This document shows, in pieces, positions 61,780 to 63,438 of a stretch of DNA of 63,438 bases; the first letter of the stretch is position 1, and the number at the start of each line of letters is the position of its first letter. The notes under the pieces are model-generated. The model did not search any database. It was not told the DNA's origin and was given only the letters and a program-made list of their open reading frames with translations. The stretch lies in IMG/VR virus record IMGVR_UViG_3300046170_000254, positions 1 through 63,438 of that record. One strand, given 5' to 3'. This DNA is from a virus. Its lineage: Duplodnaviria > Caudoviricetes. The position numbers and the translations under genes are program-made.

Positions 61780-63438
61780 TTATGCTATTGCTAAATAGAG
61801 AACTCCATTTGAATTAAAAAAATTAGTTGGATAAAACCCGTCTGAAACAAATTCAACTGAACCATTAGCAACAGACTGTTCTGCTAAATTTTCATTTGCT
61901 TCTAAATATGGTTTTACTAATTTTCCCCCGTGCGAACCAGTTGAACCGTCATATCTTGATGTGTCCATTATCCACCAATCATTTGTACCACCAGTATATT
62001 TTATCATTATCCATCTTGGTTCGAATCCAGTTGTAATTTTAACTGAAGCATTTGATGTATAAGTCCCTACCTTCTGATAACCATCTACTGAATGGAAGCA
62101 GTAGGCAATAACAGAACCCCAACTTGTTCCAAATGATGTTCTAAAATGTGTTGAATTAATAAATTCGCTAGTTCCTGAATCAGTTTTAGCATCTCTTGTA
62201 TTTAAAAACAAAAAGTCAAGACTACCATCTATCTTTTTTGTCATTACATACCAATTAAGAGACGAAGTATCGTAAGGCTTAAAAATAATTAATTCAGGTT
62301 CTTGAGTTAATCCGTGAGCAGGTCTGTTGTCTCCGTTTATATTTGTTTCGTAATTTATTATACTAAAACCTGCTTCAGTATTTACAGATGCACCGTTTAA
62401 TGTTGTTCCATTTGCTGAACTTAAACCTGCATCACTTGCAGTAGAATAACCTGTATCGTCAACATTATAAGTATTAGAATTTCCCCCTGCTTTCCAACAC
62501 CAAGCTACGTAATCATCTCCATTTGCATTAGTTCTAATGTGTGAGGCTTGTACTGTGAATCCGTTTGAGTCAATGCTGTTTACATGGCTTGTTGTTGTTG
62601 TATTTTCTTCAGTTGTCAAATCAGAACTTATAAACTTATATGTTGAAGAGCCTATACCTCTTACTGAATCTATCAAATAGTGATTTGCAATATTTGAATC
62701 TCTATTCTTTATCCAAACAAAATCAGGTTGGAATGAAGTTCCTACGAAACTTACATTAGTAGGTGTTCCGTTGTATTGAGTTAATAAAACAGGACCTGAA
62801 TATGCTTCCGTACCACCCCAAGTTGCATTATAATTTGTTGTTTCATCTGTTGCATCCTCATCTAATTTGTAATGAGCAATGAGATTTGCAGTAGGTGCGT
62901 TTGTTTCGTTGTATAAATTGGTTACATCGCCACTATTTAATGCTGATGAATATATTCTTACTTGGTCTATTGAACCGTTGAAATATCTACCTGGAGTAGG
63001 ATTGCCTTGCCATCTTCCAATGTTTAAAGTCTTAACCAGTGAAGAAGGTGGTGATGTTAAACCGCTTCCACTTACCGAAGAAGTTCCTCCTAAATAAAAA
63101 ACATAACTTCCATTGCTTTGTAGAGTAAAAACTAAATGATTCCAAGTGTTTGCAGTTAACGTAAATGCCGTGCTAACATTGTACGACGAACCATTCCATT
63201 GCCATACGCTATATTGATTTGTAGCTGCGTTATTCTGCTGTATAGCGAAAACTCCAGCACTACTTGATGAATGTTCAAAATCAAATAACATAGAATATGC
63301 GTTTTGACTTGAACTGGGGTTTATCCACATTGAGATACTTATATTGCTGCTATTAAAGCTAAAAGAAGATACACCTAAATAACTACTACTCCCATCAAAC
63401 ACCGCGCTTTGTCCATTATCTATTGGTACTCCTGTATC
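61780..63438 (-). CDS. C-terminal part of the LamG-repeat tail fibre begun at 1328
   Basis: Frame open to the window end; GSIDQVRIY, FQPDFVWIKNR; ends LYLAIA like its paralog. Confidence 0.8.
   Translation of the reverse strand, partial: DTGVPIDNGQSAVFDGSSSYLGVSSFSFNSSNISISMWINPSSSQNAYSMLFDFEHSSSSAGVFAIQQNNAATNQYSVWQWNGSSYNVSTAFTLTANTWNHLVFTLQSNGSYVFYLGGTSSVSGSGLTSPPSSLVKTLNIGRWQGNPTPGRYFNGSIDQVRIYSSALNSGDVTNLYNETNAPTANLIAHYKLDEDATDETTNYNATWGGTEAYSGPVLLTQYNGTPTNVSFVGTSFQPDFVWIKNRDSNIANHYLIDSVRGIGSSTYKFISSDLTTEENTTTTSHVNSIDSNGFTVQASHIRTNANGDDYVAWCWKAGGNSNTYNVDDTGYSTASDAGLSSANGTTLNGASVNTEAGFSIINYETNINGDNRPAHGLTQEPELIIFKPYDTSSLNWYVMTKKIDGSLDFLFLNTRDAKTDSGTSEFINSTHFRTSFGTSWGSVIAYCFHSVDGYQKVGTYTSNASVKITTGFEPRWIMIKYTGGTNDWWIMDTSRYDGSTGSHGGKLVKPYLEANENLAEQSVANGSVEFVSDGFYPTNFFNSNGVLYLAIA

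Noticed and set aside
770-63097. Many antisense or nested ORFs in the track (e.g. 770..1006, 23459..23863, 38151..38702, 45262..45819, 60129..60380)
   Set aside because: They are shadows of well-supported genes and have no recognisable motifs.
47132-63438. Diversity-generating retroelement acting on the fibre paralogs
   Set aside because: No reverse transcriptase and no TR/VR pair differing only at adenines was seen.
1-63438. tRNA genes, integrase, virion RNA polymerase, alternative genetic code
   Set aside because: No cloverleaf, recombinase or RNAP catalytic motif noticed; long genes read through under the standard code and breaks are frameshifts rather than in-frame stops.

Overview
The window is an apparently complete, circularly permuted ~63.4 kb genome of a lytic, podovirus-like marine Bacteroidota (Flavobacteria-type) phage. 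The host call is an inference from gene content and A-rich leaders without Shine-Dalgarno motifs. The + arm (about 1.9-18.5 kb) holds small early ORFs behind six copies of a fixed-spacing motif (TACA-N8-ACG-N9-GGATAAT). It then encodes a sigma-70-like factor, ERF, exonuclease, SSB, primase-helicase, ThyA, MazG, endonuclease I and a class Ia RNR; I could not recognise a DNA polymerase. The - arm (18.5-63.4 kb plus 1-1.6 kb) holds lysis genes, ejection proteins, tail, capsid, portal, terminase, many fibre genes, a GIY-YIG homing endonuclease, small basic proteins and GroES/GroEL. About 15 genes are split by single-base insertions, most likely read errors. Best candidate new systems: (1) a ~2,310-aa ejection-type protein with a zincin protease motif followed by modules bounded by five KFS motifs, one of which is sigma region-2-like and could be an injected factor reading the early promoters; (2) a prolyl-hydroxylase plus glycosyltransferase cassette placed between two Pro/Thr-rich virion proteins. 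All functional calls come from motif recognition by eye; no searches were run.
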